Assembly (NCBI RefSeq): GCF_009914755.1
Contig: NC_060930.1
DNA length: 64,000 nucleotides
DNA from: the human T2T-CHM13v2.0 reference genome, Homo sapiens
Direction: 5' to 3' (one strand)
Part shown: positions 37,080-57,492 of the stretch, piece by piece
Position numbering within the stretch: position 1 is the stretch's first letter
Layout: each line of letters starts with the position of its first letter
Notes under the pieces: model-generated
What the model was told of the DNA's origin: nothing
Seen by the model: the letters and a program-made list of their open reading frames with translations, nothing else
Database searches by the model: none
Translations under genes and position numbers: made by a program

Positions 37080-37985
37080 AGATCAAAGTGACTTCATTTG
37101 AAAATAAGAAGAAATATGATATTAAATATTAATGGGAAGAGTCAATAATAAAAAGTGTTAAATATTTGCAAATGAGTCCAAAAGTATAATGAAATTCAAA
37201 TCAAAGTCTCAATTGTGGTGGATTTATGTGTTTTTGTTTGTTTTGTTGGAACATTAAAAGCATTCTAAAGGCCAGGCACAGTGACTCATGTCTGTAATCC
37301 AGTAGCTTTAGGAGACTGAGGTACAGGGCTCTCTTGAGGCCAAGAGTTCAAGACCAGCCTGGGCAACATAGTGAGACCCTGTCTCTACAAAAAATTTAAA
37401 AATTAGCCAAACAAAGTGTCATGCACCTGTAGTACTAGTTGCTCAGGAGGCTGAAGCAGGAGGATTGCTTGAGCACAGAAGCTCAAGGCTGCAGTGAGTT
37501 ATGATGTTGTCATTGCACTCCAGCCTAACTTACAAAGCAAGATCCTGTCTCTAAAATATTCAATAAAACAAAACAAAATTACTCTAAAACTCATCTTAAA
37601 TGGTGAACTTGTATTTATTTATGGAAAAGAATCTTTTAAAAATTTTATCAGGAAGAATATACCGTATCAGTTATTATACACTATTCAAAAGCTAGAATAA
37701 TTAAAGCAATGGAATTGGTAGAAAAATAGATGTATAGATCAACATCGCATAACTGAGAATTAAAAATGATCCATGGACATAAGAGAATTTAGGTTTTTCT
37801 ACAGAGAGCATTTTGTATCAGGAAATAAAGGATGACATATTCAATAAAGGTTGAGACATTTGGTTAACCGTTTGGAGGAGGAAAAATTTAGATTCCTACC
37901 ATATAACAAAACAAATACTAAATGGATTAACAATATCAAAGTAAGTAAAATAAAAACAAGACAACAAATAAAAGTACTAGTGGAT
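37080..37985 (+). mobile_element. Decayed L1M ORF2 fragment
   Basis: gggaagagtcaataat; aattaaagcaatggaattgg; tagattcctaccatataacaaaacaaatactaaatggatta. Confidence 0.6.
37270..37578 (+). mobile_element. Alu (AluJ-like)
   Basis: Diverged full dimer. Confidence 0.9.
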
Positions 37986-37990
37986 TGTAG

Positions 37991-38286
<296 letters not shown>

Positions 38287-38415
38287 GACGTTGGTTTTAT
38301 AGTACGATCTCGTCATCTTTTATTTATCGATCGAATTGCCTTTTCATATAGTTTACCCATCTATATATCTATGTAAGTATCTATTTTGAAGTGCTTTTGG
38401 TTTCTAGAATGATAG

Positions 38416-38741
<326 letters not shown>

Positions 38742-38851
38742 TAAAATGATAGAATTTCTAAACTATTTTTTTGGTTTTTACATTTCTGACTACATTGCAT
38801 TGTATGTAATATGAAGTGTGCTCTGTAGGAAGTGAATACGTTGGTATTTGG

Positions 38852-39178
38852 GTTTTGTTCGTTCGTTTGTTTGTTTGTTTGCTTGTTTGTTTTGAGACAG
38901 GGTCTCACTTTGCCGCCCAGGCTGGAGTGCGGTGGGACGATCTCAGCTTACTGCAGCCTCAACCTCTCAGGCTCAAGTGATCCTCCAGCCTCAGCCTTCT
39001 GAGTAGCTGAGACTACAGGCCCGCACCACCACACCCGGCTAATGTTTTTGCATTTTTTGTAGACATAGGGTTTTTACCATGTTGTCCAAGCTGGTTTTGA
39101 ACTCCTGAGCTCAAACGATCTGCCAGCCTTGGTCTCCCAAAATGCTGGGATTACAGGTGTGCACTACTGTGCCTGGCC
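38852..39178 (-). mobile_element. Alu (AluJ-like)
   Basis: Reverse dimer with (GTTT)n tail. Confidence 0.9.
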
Positions 39179-39179
39179 T

Positions 39180-40300
39180 GCTTGTATTTGTTGATGTATT
39201 TGTTGTGTCTAGACTGTGGTCACTCTACTAATTATCTGTTTCCTCTAATTATTGGGGGCAGGATTCTGTATATGTCCACTAGAATGTGCTTATTAATTGT
39301 GTTGTTCAAGACATTTTATATTTCCTAGTTATTCATTGGCTTGCTATGTCAGTTTCTGAGAGGGATGTGTTAAAAATATCTACCATGTGGGATGGCGGGA
39401 GGGAGAGCATTAGGAAAATTAGTTAATGCATGCTGGGCTTAATACCTAGGTGATGGTATTAAGCAAAACACCATGGCACACGTTTACCTATGTAGCAAAC
39501 CTGCACATCCTGCACATGTATCCCGGAATTTTTAAAAAAAGAATAAAACTACTCTGTATCAGCCATGCAAAAAACAAAACCAAAACAAAAACCTACCATG
39601 ATTGGGGAATTTAACAATTTCTTTTAGTTTATCTATCATTGTTTATCTTTATATATTTTTGTGGCTATATTGTTGGGTGCAAACAAGTTCAGGATTGTTT
39701 TATTTTCTTGATAACTCTTCTTTTTATTAGTCAATAATGACTTTTTATACCTAACATTATTGCCTTAAATTCTATTTCATATAATTGGTATTGTTTCATT
39801 ACCTTTATTTGTTTAGTACTTACCTGAAATATTTTTCAATAAGTTTACTTCAAATTTTAAGAATCATTGTATTTTATGTTTCTGAAGAACATGAGAGCAT
39901 AAAACATAGATAAAATTTGTATTTCAATTCAGATAATCTCTGATTTGTAACAGGTGGTTTCATGTTTACATTTATGAGGATTCCTTATATTGGATTTATT
40001 TCTATCATCTTATTTTATGTTTTCTAGTTACCATATTTTTTCTTATTATTTGGGTTTTTACTTTTTCCTGCTCTCTACTGCATTTCTTGAATTTGTTGCC
40101 TTTTTTTCCTCCTCCAGTGTTTTGAAAGACACGTATTTTATTCCTTTTAGAAGTTACCCTTAAATTTTGAGTATGTCATGCTTAATTTTTAAAAAAGCTA
40201 AAGCTCAACAGTAGCTCCATTTTCTCTCTCCCCATGTTATTGTTCTCTAATTTGTTAGTTTTACCAGTTTTTGAAAATCTCTCTAAATTAGCCTTTATTA
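39180..40300 (-). mobile_element. Old L1M fragment (ORF2 start/inter-ORF)
   Basis: ctgagagggatgtgttaaaa; ggctatattgttgggtgca; ttgccttaaattctattt. Confidence 0.65.
39388..39591 (+). mobile_element. 5'-truncated L1PA/L1PB 3' end
   Basis: gggagagcattaggaaaa...gcttaatacctaggtgatgg...cacgtttacctatgtagcaaacctgcacatcctgcacatgta; TSD ctaccatg. Confidence 0.9.
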
Positions 40301-41309
40301 TTAGAGTTGTAGGGTATCTCATATACAGAACTTATCTTCCTGTCTTGAAATTAGAATTCATATGGAGAAATAAGGGTGGAAACAGGCAAGAATGAGAGTT
40401 GAAAATCAAAATACAATGTTAGCTTTATTTCAGGTAGGTCTGATTGCAGAGAGAGATTTTAGATCTGTGGACAGATGAGCTTGCTGATACTGTATTCCTG
40501 AATTAAATGGGCTTCATGCCTGATGGCAGAGTGGGACAACAACAAGTGTCCCCAATAAGGCTGTTTGCACAGACCACGCAGACAAGAATGCAGCTTCTCT
40601 GGGAGATGCAGCTCTGAAGGAGAGAAAACAGTAGGGGCTGAGCCAAGCACGTTGAGGCCTTTCTTCTAAACTTTGCAGTCCTCCTGCCTGGTGGAAGAAT
40701 GGTTGAGGAGGCAGAAAGAAGTGCACAGTGTTCTCATATTATCACTTGAGGAGATTAGAGTAGACCTTTTCTCCTCTCTATGGACATATGAGCGGGAAAC
40801 AGTTGTTCCTCTAACCATTGTTACTATTATTGCTGCTGTTATGAAAGTTGTTTTCCATATTCCCTGCAAAAGTCTGATTTACCTTGGAGCTGATATTTCA
40901 GTTTCAGCTCCCTAGTCTGCAAAGACACTTCCAAGGTCCGGGAAGAAGAAGTAGCCCCAGGAGAGTTAGAGGAAGGCAGCTCTGCCAGCCTGGAGGTCAC
41001 TCTGCTCACCCTAGTGGTAGTCCTGGAGCTGCAGCATGGGGGTTGGGTACCAGGCCCCAGTGACAACTTGAACCTTAGGACATCAGCCTCTTCCCCAAGG
41101 AAAACATTCTGCGACACGGCTCTACTCCCAGCCCCAGGGCCATGTGACCGGGCTTCATGGTCCCTTTGGCACACGCTCTGCCCCTGACAACAGCCCTGGC
41201 AAGGCCGAGGGTGGCAGGGATACTGGGTGTGGTAAAACCCAGTCGACCTTGACCAGCTTGCTGTGACTGTGAGATCAAAGGGCTGAAGTTATGTCTGAGG
41301 ATTCCCCTC

Positions 41310-41935
41310 GACTACCAATAACAAATTGTGAAGCTAAAATAAACTTTTCTCAACTATGACTGATTAAAAACAAATAAATTTTGCTACTTCGGGAGCTGAG
41401 GCAAAGAGGATCATTTGACACCAGGAGTTGGGGGCTGTAGTGTGCCACAGTCACACCTGTGACTAGCCACTGCATTCTAGCCTAGGCAATATAGTAAGAT
41501 CGCATCTCTAAAAACAAACAAACCAACAAACCACAAATATTGACCTACTGTGTTAGAAGACTAATCTATCCTTACAAGACAGACTTATCTCTCTACTTTT
41601 TTAAAATAGAAGATGATACTTAGAAATTATTGTCACATTAAGAGGTGATCAAAGAATATATAGCCAAAAAATGTAAGGAATAAAATGTATAAAAAAGAAA
41701 GGGATTGGTTATAATAAAATAATTGAAGCTTGTATTTTAGTCCCGGATTTTGTGATGTTTTGAGGCACTTAACTACAACTTAAATTGTCGTGATTTTTAT
41801 TTTTATTCTCAGTAAATCTAAACTTTTGTACCTAAGTATTTATTAATAATTTGGTATTCCTTTCTTTAAAAAGCACCCCCCCCACTCCCCCGCCAAACTA
41901 TTAAAGCTTTAGATCCCACAAAACTTGGGCCAAAC
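41310..41935 (+). mobile_element. Zaphod-type hAT-Tip100 DNA transposon 3' fragment
   Basis: aagaggtgatcaaagaatatatagccaaaaaatgtaagg...ggattttgtgatgttt...acttttgtacctaag...cccacaaaacttggg. Confidence 0.7.
41385..41530 (+). mobile_element. FAM-type fossil Alu monomer
   Basis: Monomer with the cacacctgtgactagccactgca segment characteristic of FAM. Confidence 0.75.
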
Positions 41936-41967
41936 TCAGCTTTTTTTGTTTTACGAGTCATGTTTGC

Positions 41968-42260
41968 TGAACTAGGTGCAGGGGCTCACACCTGTAATCC
42001 CAGCAACGAGGGAGGCTGAAGCAAGAGGATTGCTTGAGGCCAGAAGTTTAAATCCAGGCTGCAAAACACAGTGAGATCGTATGTCTCTACAAAAAAATTT
42101 TACAAAATTAGCCGGGGATGGCGGCATGTACCTGCAGTCTCAGCTATTTGGTAGGCTGAGGTGGGAGGAACCCTTTAGCCCAGCAGTTTGAGGCTGCAGT
42201 GAGCTGTGATTGTACTACTGCATTCTAGCCTGGGTAAGAGTGAGACCTTGACTCAAAAAG
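41968..42260 (+). mobile_element. Alu (AluJ-like)
   Basis: Diverged dimer. Confidence 0.9.
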
Positions 42261-42267
42261 ATTTTAA

Positions 42268-42574
<307 letters not shown>

Positions 42575-43107
42575 TGTTTATTTAATTCCTTTGCTTACCA
42601 TTTCTCCTTATTTTTCCCATCTCTCTTCCGGGTCCCTTTTCCTTATTGATCAAGTACAGTCATGCAGCACGTAATGATGGACTGCGCATATGACAATGGT
42701 CCCATAGATCGTGATGGAGCTGAAAAATGCCCATGTGATATCACAGCTGCTGTAATATCATAATGCAATGCATCACTCACTTGTTTGTAGTGTAAGCAAA
42801 CCTACTGAGCTGCTAGTCATATAAAAGTATGGCACATACAATTATATACAGTACATGTGACTGGCTTTTATATTTACTATATTATACTTGTTATCATTAT
42901 TCTAGAGTGCACGCCTTCTAGTTATTTTTTAAAAAGTTAACTGTAAAACAGCCTCAGGCAGGCCCTTCAGGAGGTATCCAGAAGAAAGCATTGTAATCAC
43001 AGGAGATGATAGCTCCATGTGTGTTACTGCCCCTGAAGACCTTCCAGTGGGACAAGATGTGGAGGTAAGACAGTGATGTAGATGATCCTGACCCTGTCTG
43101 GGCCTAG

Positions 43108-43473
<366 letters not shown>

Positions 43474-43516
43474 CAACATTTTAAAAGTGTTTTAAAAAAG
43501 TAACGAAAGGAAGCTT

Positions 43517-44210
<694 letters not shown>

Positions 44211-44308
44211 GAAAAAAGCTTATAGAATACACATATAAAGAAAGAAAATATTTTTGAACAGCTCTTTACTGTGTTCATGTTTCAAGTGTTATCAGAAGAG
44301 TCAAAAAA

Positions 44309-45297
<989 letters not shown>

Positions 45298-45821
45298 TCT
45301 AAAAGTTTTTTTTAATTAAGATTATAAAGTGAAAAGGTTACAGTAAGCTAAGATTAATTTATTATTGAAGAAATGAATGAATTGAATGCAGCCTCAGTGT
45401 CCAGTGTTGATAAAGTCTACAGTAGCATACGGTAAAGTCGTAGGCCTTCACAGACACTCCCCACTCACTCACTCACTCATCCAAGCAACTGCCAGTCCTG
45501 CAAGCTCCATTCATGGTAAGTGCCTTATACAGGTGAATCATTTTAAAATCTTTTAAATTGTATTTTTGCTGTCATCTTTCCTATGTTTAGATACACAAAA
45601 TACTTAGCATTGTGTTCCAGTTGCCTGTAGTGTTCAGCACAGTCACATGGTGTACAGGTGTGTAACCTAGGAGCAACAGGCTGTCCCACACAGCCTAGGT
45701 GTGGAGTAGGCTATGCTGTGTAGCTTTGTGTAAGTGCACTCTATGATGTTCACACAAAGATGGAAGTGCCTAACGATGCATTTCTCAGAATGTATGCCCA
45801 TCATTAAGCGACACATGACTG

Positions 45822-46515
<694 letters not shown>

Positions 46516-46519
46516 ATTT

Positions 46520-48030
<1,511 letters not shown>

Positions 48031-48279
48031 ATGTATTAGTGTTAAGTCCTAAGTACCCTTATGTATTCTACTCTTGTTTGTTTTTATAAGTATGTTCTTA
48101 TCTACCATCTCACTTATATACACAGCTATACTAAGGGACGTAGAAAAATGGTACTTTTTGAGAAATTTATAGACTTGATGCTTAAAGGCTGAAAATTAAG
48201 TAGCTGTGTTTTCAAACTTGAGTGTTAAAGAATAACAGAAAAAAAAATCACAAAAAAGTAGGATGAAGACTGCTATAGA

Positions 48280-48605
48280 GATGAGAGCAGAAACCAAATA
48301 AATAACCACCATATAAATAATAGATCAATTAAACAGAAGTCAATTAAATAGGAAACACATAAATAATAGAAATGCTCAAGGAATCCAAAATACTGCTCTT
48401 TGAAAAGTCTAAAAAAGTAGATATCTGGTAAGACTACTCAAAAAAACAAAAGAAGAAAAGGCAAAAATAAATATTGTTAAACTGACAAAAGTGTCATAAG
48501 TTCAGATGCAGCAGAAATTAAAAGGTTAAGAGAATGCTTTAATCAACTTTATGCCAATAAAATTAAAAACTCAGAAGAAAAAATACTCATTTCCAGAAAA
48601 ATGTA
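48280..48605 (+). mobile_element. L1 ORF2 fragment
   Basis: ctctttgaaaag; gcagcagaaattaaaagg; caactttatgccaataaaatt. Confidence 0.6.
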
Positions 48606-48846
48606 TGTCTATTTTGCATCTATCCAGCTAAATTCTCTTGTTAATTCTAATAATTTCCCTGTGCATAATTTTCAGTTTTCTGTCTGGAGCAGCTATACAA
48701 TACATGAACTGTTACAGTATTACTCTTCCCCCATTGTTTCTTTGAATGTCACTACAGTTGTATTTCTGGAATGCCAATAAAAGTATAGTTATTTTGTACT
48801 TCTCATTCTGTCCTCCAGGCCTCCTAACCTCTCTTTTGTATTTTCA

Positions 48847-49030
48847 GTTTGTTTGTTTGTTTTTTTTTTTCTGAGACAGAATCTTGCTCTGTTGCCCAGG
48901 CTGGAGTACAGTGGCATGACCTCGGCTTACCACAACTTCCGCCTCCCAGGCTCCAGCGATTCTCAGCCTCAGCCTCCCAAGTAGCTGGGACTACAGGTGC
49001 ATGCACTATGCCCGGCTAATTTTTGTATTT
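48847..49030 (-). mobile_element. 5'-truncated Alu (right arm)
   Basis: Ends at linker aatttttgtattt. Confidence 0.9.
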
Positions 49031-49691
49031 ATGAATTTGACTCCTGTAGTGTGGATTTATATTTGGCTCTCAAGGGTCCCAGAGTTGTTGTGGGCCTTGG
49101 CCCAATTTGTTTTTTCTTGTGCAACTTTTTTGTTAGTTTAGCAGCTGAGGATTCTCACCTTATATAGTGATGTGTGATGTGTCTCGGGTGTGAGGATGTG
49201 TATGTGTATTTGCGAGAGGTATTGGGTATGAGGATGTCTGTGCTGAGTGATTTCTAATTCTTCTACTCTTTAATACATTTACTTTACCTTGTCCTTATTC
49301 AAACAATCATGACTTCTAAATTATTGAGGCTCAAAAAAAGTTTTTCTCTATGTGATCTGCCAATATGTATGTACTGATTTTCTTTAAGTCAAAGATTTTT
49401 AAAAATACTTAATTCTAAAGTGAGAGGAAAATAGAAAATATTCTGCAGAACTGTCACACCAAACTTTGCTCAGTATATTATTTGAAAATTTTTCTCATGG
49501 TTCCTGCTTCCTTCAGAAAGCTTTTGCAATAAATTATATTAAAACAAATTCTATACAGAACACAAGACTGCCAGTACAGCAAAATGTGTGAGAAAATTTC
49601 TCACAATGGACTTTCAGTGGAATATGAACATCTCTTTTCTAGATGATATAACTTTCCTAAGATCTTAGAAGACATTTTAAAAGTTTCTCTT

Positions 49692-50232
<541 letters not shown>

Positions 50233-50454
50233 TTATTAATTATTGGTAGTCCTAGATATGCTGTGGTGTGAGTCAAAAATGTAAGAGCCAATTATGACAG
50301 AACAGCCTGGCAGTATGTGACCCTCGAATTGGACCCATCTATTGAGTTGGGGACAAAACGACAGCACCAAATTCAGCCCAGGCCATGGTGAGAGATGCCT
50401 CAGCGCAGGCTTCACCCGGGACCTGTAGACTGCGGCCGCAGGGCTTCCCCAGAA

Positions 50455-51000
<546 letters not shown>

Positions 51001-51099
51001 ATGCAAGCAGTAGGCGTCAGGGCGTGTTCAATAAGCAGGGAGCTGATATTTGGCAATCCAGGCAGGCTGGCAGCATCATATACAGTTTTCAGCAGGTAA

Positions 51100-51410
51100 C
51101 AAGATGACAGCAATGAACCAAGAGTTGAAGGACCAGATCCCAGTCCCAACGGAGGTGGAAGGATAAAATAGACATTGTGGCAAAAGCAAAGAAGAGCCCC
51201 AGGCTCAGGAGAATAGAGTAGGCAGGATTCAGTGGCTGGGGCTCAATCCTAAGAAACAAGACAAGGATGTGGTTAGCAAAACTGTTGGACAAAGTGAAGA
51301 CTGGGCCTTGGCTGAAGGTACAGCACAGAACTGGAGGAGCAGTGGCAAAGGAGAACGGGTGTCCATTCTCAAAGCATCTAGACATAGCTTTGGAAATTCA
51401 CTGCATGTCA
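51100..51410 (-). mobile_element. L2 fragment
   Basis: gagaatagagtaggcaggattcagtggctgg...aaagcatctagacatag. Confidence 0.55.
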
Positions 51411-51811
51411 CCCTAATGAAGCCCCGTTAGCTGACTATTGGTCCCGGAGCCAGCGTAGGGGAACTTGCTGGAGATGATAAATAAAATATTTTTAGATTTA
51501 TTTGTTTATTATAAAAGAAATTAAATCAGATCCTGACCGAATAATGTAATGCCAAGAAGCATATAACATATAGCATCTTATACTTGAGTTAACAAAGTTA
51601 GAAATTAAAACAAAGTATCTAGAAAATACATCACAACTCAGCTACAAATAGCCTATTTTTAGACCCATCATGCTAATAACTTTATTTCTCTGTAGTGCAA
51701 GGAAATATCTAATGTCTATATCTAATAATTGTAATAGTCTGAGCTCTTTGGCAGTATAGAGAAAAAGCATTTTCAACAGGGGTTTTAGTTATTTTTTTAA
51801 AAAAATCCCAA

Positions 51812-52265
<454 letters not shown>

Positions 52266-52618
52266 TCATTAAAGCAATCCATGATGGCTGTTTCTAGTTC
52301 TTTGACTCTTGCTACGTGGAGCAGAGAACTTTTCTTCTATAATGTCCCAGGGCAAAATTCCACATTTCAGAAGTAGGGCTCCTGGGGAGGCCCTGTGGGC
52401 TTGGGGTTCCCTAACTACGAGAGCAGAGTACTGGCATAGGAGGGTGGTCGCCTCACGTTCTCCCTCCTGCAGAGACCACCCTTGCAGTATGTTCAGACGA
52501 GCAGAGTGACTGGCATGTGTCTTGAAAAAATATGGCTCCAGCAAGTGATGTTCTGAAGTCATTGCCCACGTTGTGACACGAGGATTCTGCTCAATTTCCC
52601 TAGAATAATGGATTGATC

Positions 52619-52937
52619 AGCCGGGCTCGGTGGCTCACACCTGTAATCCCAGGTCTTTGGGAGGCCGAGGTGGGAGGATCACTTGAGGTCAGGAGTTTAA
52701 GACCAGCCTGGCCAACATGGTGAAACCCTGGCTCTACTAAAAATATGAAAATTAGCCAGATGTGGTGGTGCATGCCTGTAATCCCAGCTACTCAGGAGGC
52801 TGAGGCAGGAGAATCACCTGAATCTGAGAAGTGGAGGTTGCAGTGAGCCAAGATGGTGCCAGTGCACTCCAACCTGGGTGACAGAGAGAGACTCCGTCTC
52901 AAAAAAAAAAAAAAAAAAAAAAAAGAAAGAAAGAAAG
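52619..52937 (+). mobile_element. Alu (AluS)
   Basis: TSD agaataatggattgat. Confidence 0.95.
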
Positions 52938-54266
52938 CAAAACAGAAGAGAAAAGAATAATGGATTGATTGCTAAGAACATATCCTCATGCATAGGGGCC
53001 TTGTGCCTGCTCAGGAAGTGTCGGGAAAGCTCAAATATATCAGTCACACTGGTCCCCTGCTTGGAGGAGCAGGCATTGCCCCAGTATTGCTCTAACTGGT
53101 TTCAGAGGTCATTCGTTCAGTGGAGGACCAGGTCCTAGGTTAGGCCCTGGATATGCAAAAATGTGGGGGTGCCCTTCTGGAGCACCCTTTTTGGGGTTGG
53201 GACATGAACACTCACAAATATTTACACCATAATACAATAAAGGCTAAGATCGTGATGCCCACAAGCTGGTTTCATAGCTCTGAGGTGACTATTCCATAGG
53301 GCGTGTGGGAACTGTGATCAAGGAGGGCTTCACAAAGGCCAGTGATATTTGGGCCGAGTTTGGAAAGATGGCAGCTTCTTAACAAGCAATGGGAAAGAAC
53401 ACAGGAGGCAGCAAACGTAAAGGCGGAGAGGCGTGAGCAAGCCCGGTGGGGCAGGGGTTAGCAGTGGAATTCGTCAAGGACCGCTTCTCAGAGAGGGCTA
53501 GTAGTGAGCCTGACTTGGGAGCAGTGGCTGGACATTTGGGGGAATGACACGAACCAAGGCACAGAGAGAGGAACCAGCAACAGTGGGTGAGGGCGGAGAG
53601 GCCAGGGCCGTCCTGAGGGGCACCATGGTGGACTGGAGGGCCACGGGGCAGTGAGGCCTGAAAGAAAAGGAGCAGATAGGGGCTGCCTTAGGGTTGGGAG
53701 GCTGTGGCTAGGAGGACAAGAAGTTGGTGAAGGAAACAGAAAGTGTGGAAGAAGCTAGAATGGTCTCAGGGAAATCAGGGAAGGGGAAAAATAATTTTGA
53801 GACTCACAGAGTCACCGGTGGCCACTAACTGGTCCATTCGCCACAGGAAACTGAAGTCTGTCAGTAGGTGCCTCTTTCAGGTGGAGGACCGCCATCTGCC
53901 CTTGAGACTTCCATCCCACCCACACCCCTGAGTCCTCCCGCACATATCTGGCACTTAGAAGGGCTTATATCATGTAAACAGACCTCCTATCTCAGCTCTA
54001 ATCCGCAGGAGTAGAATTAGTTACAAAACACCACGCTCCAGATATCAATACATATTTCTAAAAGATGGAAGCAGGGGAAAGCCAAGAAAAGACAAGAGGG
54101 TTTTTCTAGAAGAAAGAAGGTAATGAGAAATCAGAGATGGAAATTTTCCAGGAACCAGATGAGGCTAGAAATTAGAATGTGGCAGGGGTTATGGAATAAA
54201 ATGGAGTCAGTGGGGCCAATTGTTTAAGGAATTTCTCTCTGGAAAATCAGCAAGGAAGAATACTAA

Positions 54267-54612
<346 letters not shown>

Positions 54613-55780
54613 CATCTTCTACAGTTTTAACCTCAAGCCTAAAATTGCTATGACTTCCATGAATTATCTCACATTAGTAAGAGGATCTAGCCTGGCTAAT
54701 GATACATGTATCAAATGATAAATTATAGTTTGTAACATTGTTTTTTTCCTAGACCCAGTGATGTCTTTAGTAACCATGTCTGGCTGTGTCTCTCGCTCTC
54801 TCTCTGTCATTCTACCTCTCTCATCCCTCCCTCTTCTTCCCCACTTCTGTTCCCTTCCAGTTTCTTCCTTCCTTGTCCTCTTCTCCACATCACTGTGGGT
54901 GACATGGACTCTCATATCTGTGCATGAACCAATCCTTGTCATTGCAGCCAAAGGGACCCACGTGGGCCCACATGGTAGGGTGCAGGTTCCAGAGGCCTAG
55001 GGCCAGCAGCTTCCTTTACTTCCCTCTTCCCTCCTGCCTTGGTACCAGCCTCCTTTTGTAGCGGTAGAGGATCTATGGTGCTTCGTCATCACCTCTAAAG
55101 TAAAAATGTTCTACATCATCCCCTGTCCTATGTAGCCACAGAATCATGGCATTAACTTGGGCTTGCCTGGAAAAGAGCCCCCCCTACTGCATGACCCTCC
55201 TTCTCAGTACCCATCTCCATCTATCAAGAGTCTATCATGCCATGGTCAGCGGTGGCAAACCCTGGGATTCCAGCTTTGAGGGAATGGGTTGAGGATCCAT
55301 GAGACTGAACTGTTCAGAAGGAAAGAAAAACTTTTCCAATATTTAGGTATGTTCTCCTTTTCATACCTTCAGCTCATTAATATCTAGGGCTGGGTCTGAG
55401 GGGATATTGTGCAGGAAATAGACTTTGTCCCCACCATTCAGCCTCCCATTCACTGAGGTCCCTCCTCCTGCTTCAGCCCACCTTCTTTCTGGCATCCACA
55501 TCCTCTTTCTCATCTCCTCTCCTTCATCAAAGCAGGCTTTCAGAAACAGATCCAAAATATGTTCATAAGAAGGTGTAAATAACTGATACAAGTTTAAGGT
55601 ATTACTTGTTAGAAGCAAATTTGTATTTTGACAAGGCTCAAAGCCTTTGCGGAAAAGAATAAATCCATAAATCTTTAATGGAGAAAGTTTAATTACATAG
55701 CAGGAGAAATGCTTGGGGTTGAGTGGAGTATACCTGGTTTTCCTGAAAGCATACAACACACATCTATTCTACTTAGACAT

Positions 55781-55782
<2 letters not shown>

Positions 55783-55818
<36 letters not shown>
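55783..55818 (+). repeat. (AC)n microsatellite, ~18 units
   Basis: Direct reading. Confidence 0.95.
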
Positions 55819-55820
<2 letters not shown>

Positions 55821-55829
55821 CTCAAACCT

Positions 55830-56030
55830 TATCTGTTTAATTCCAGGCAATATGTTAAGTACTTACATATACTTTCTCATTTAATTCTTACCCCCAGAAA
55901 TTGTACGAAGTAGATATTTAGTGTCTCACGTACATCCTGGTACACACGAAGGTCAGCACATTGCCCAAACTTGCACGGCCTGTAAACATGGAGCTGGGAT
56001 GCGAATCTACCCTCTTTCCACAGATCATGA
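55830..56030 (-). mobile_element. MIR
   Basis: ccaggcaatatgttaagtacttacat...ctcatttaattctta...ttgcccaaac...gagctgggatgcgaatc. Confidence 0.65.
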
Positions 56031-56775
56031 AGCCCCCGGCAGGAATACTCCATCCTTGTGGCGAGGAGGAGTAGTTTTCCTGTTTGCCTCCTGGGTTGCT
56101 ATGTTAAGGAACATGTAGAGCTTTAAGTACCTTTTCTTGTAAGTCATCTTTAAAAGGCCTCTTAATCATCTTTGTTTTTCTCTGAACTCCCCAGAGTCTG
56201 TGTGTGTCATCCTCATAATGATTTGCTTGAAATGAAACACAGTGGCCTGGTCTATTTTCACTTTTCAGCCTATGCAGGATATAAAAATAAACAGCATATG
56301 GTGAAAAGTTAATGAGATTTAAAAAAATAAGTTCACTTAAAATAATCCATGGGGTTTTCTACATGTGTTCTTGGTCTGGTTTCAAAAACCACAGGAGTTT
56401 TACTATGCTTTAGAAAAGGGTAAATATTTTGCATTGTTTCTATTGGGGTCAATGGGAAACCAATCTTGTAGAATCAGCACTAATAATCATGTTGTTTGTA
56501 AACAACTGCCATGCTAGACTAGTACAGACCAAGCCTTACTGTTATGTGCCCAAGCGTTAAAACATGTACATAGCAACTCTGCAATGCTCTCTACAGTTGC
56601 GAATCTCATGCCTACACAATAGTCCCGTAGCTAACAAGAATGAGGAAGTCTACCTGGAGGAAGATGGTAAGTCAGACAGACTTCCTTTCTTAGAGCAGTA
56701 GCCCTCTGAACACAGCTGGAAACATGTTACCTTGATAGGTAGAAACCACCTTTTAAGAAAAATGCTCTCTGCCTT

Positions 56776-57090
56776 ATTTTTGTATTTTTTGGTGGGGGGC
56801 GGGGGGCGGCGTGCAGGGGGACAGGGTCTTGCTCTGTCACCCAGGGTGGAATGCAGTGGTACAAACATGTTTCACTGCAGCCTCAGACCTCCCGGGCTTA
56901 AGCGATCCTTCCACCTCAGCCACCTAAGTAGCTGGGACTACAGGTGCGTGCCACCATGCCCACCTTTTTTTTTTTTTAGAGATCGGGTCTTACTATGTTT
57001 GCCAGGCTGGTCTTGAACTGCTGAGCTCAATCCTCCTGCCTGGGCCTCTCAAAGTGCTAGAATTACAGGTGTAAGCCAACATGCCTGGCC
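56776..57090 (-). mobile_element. Alu (AluJ-like) with G-rich interrupted tail
   Basis: TSD tctctgcctt. Confidence 0.9.
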
Positions 57091-57130
57091 TTCTCTGCCT
57101 TTTAAGTAATTTTTTAAGTTAGGAATCCTG

Positions 57131-57492
<362 letters not shown>

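Noticed and set aside
40459-41278. Cluster of short ORFs as a processed pseudogene
   Set aside because: No recognisable protein similarity, no poly-A tail with TSDs; an old LTR is more plausible
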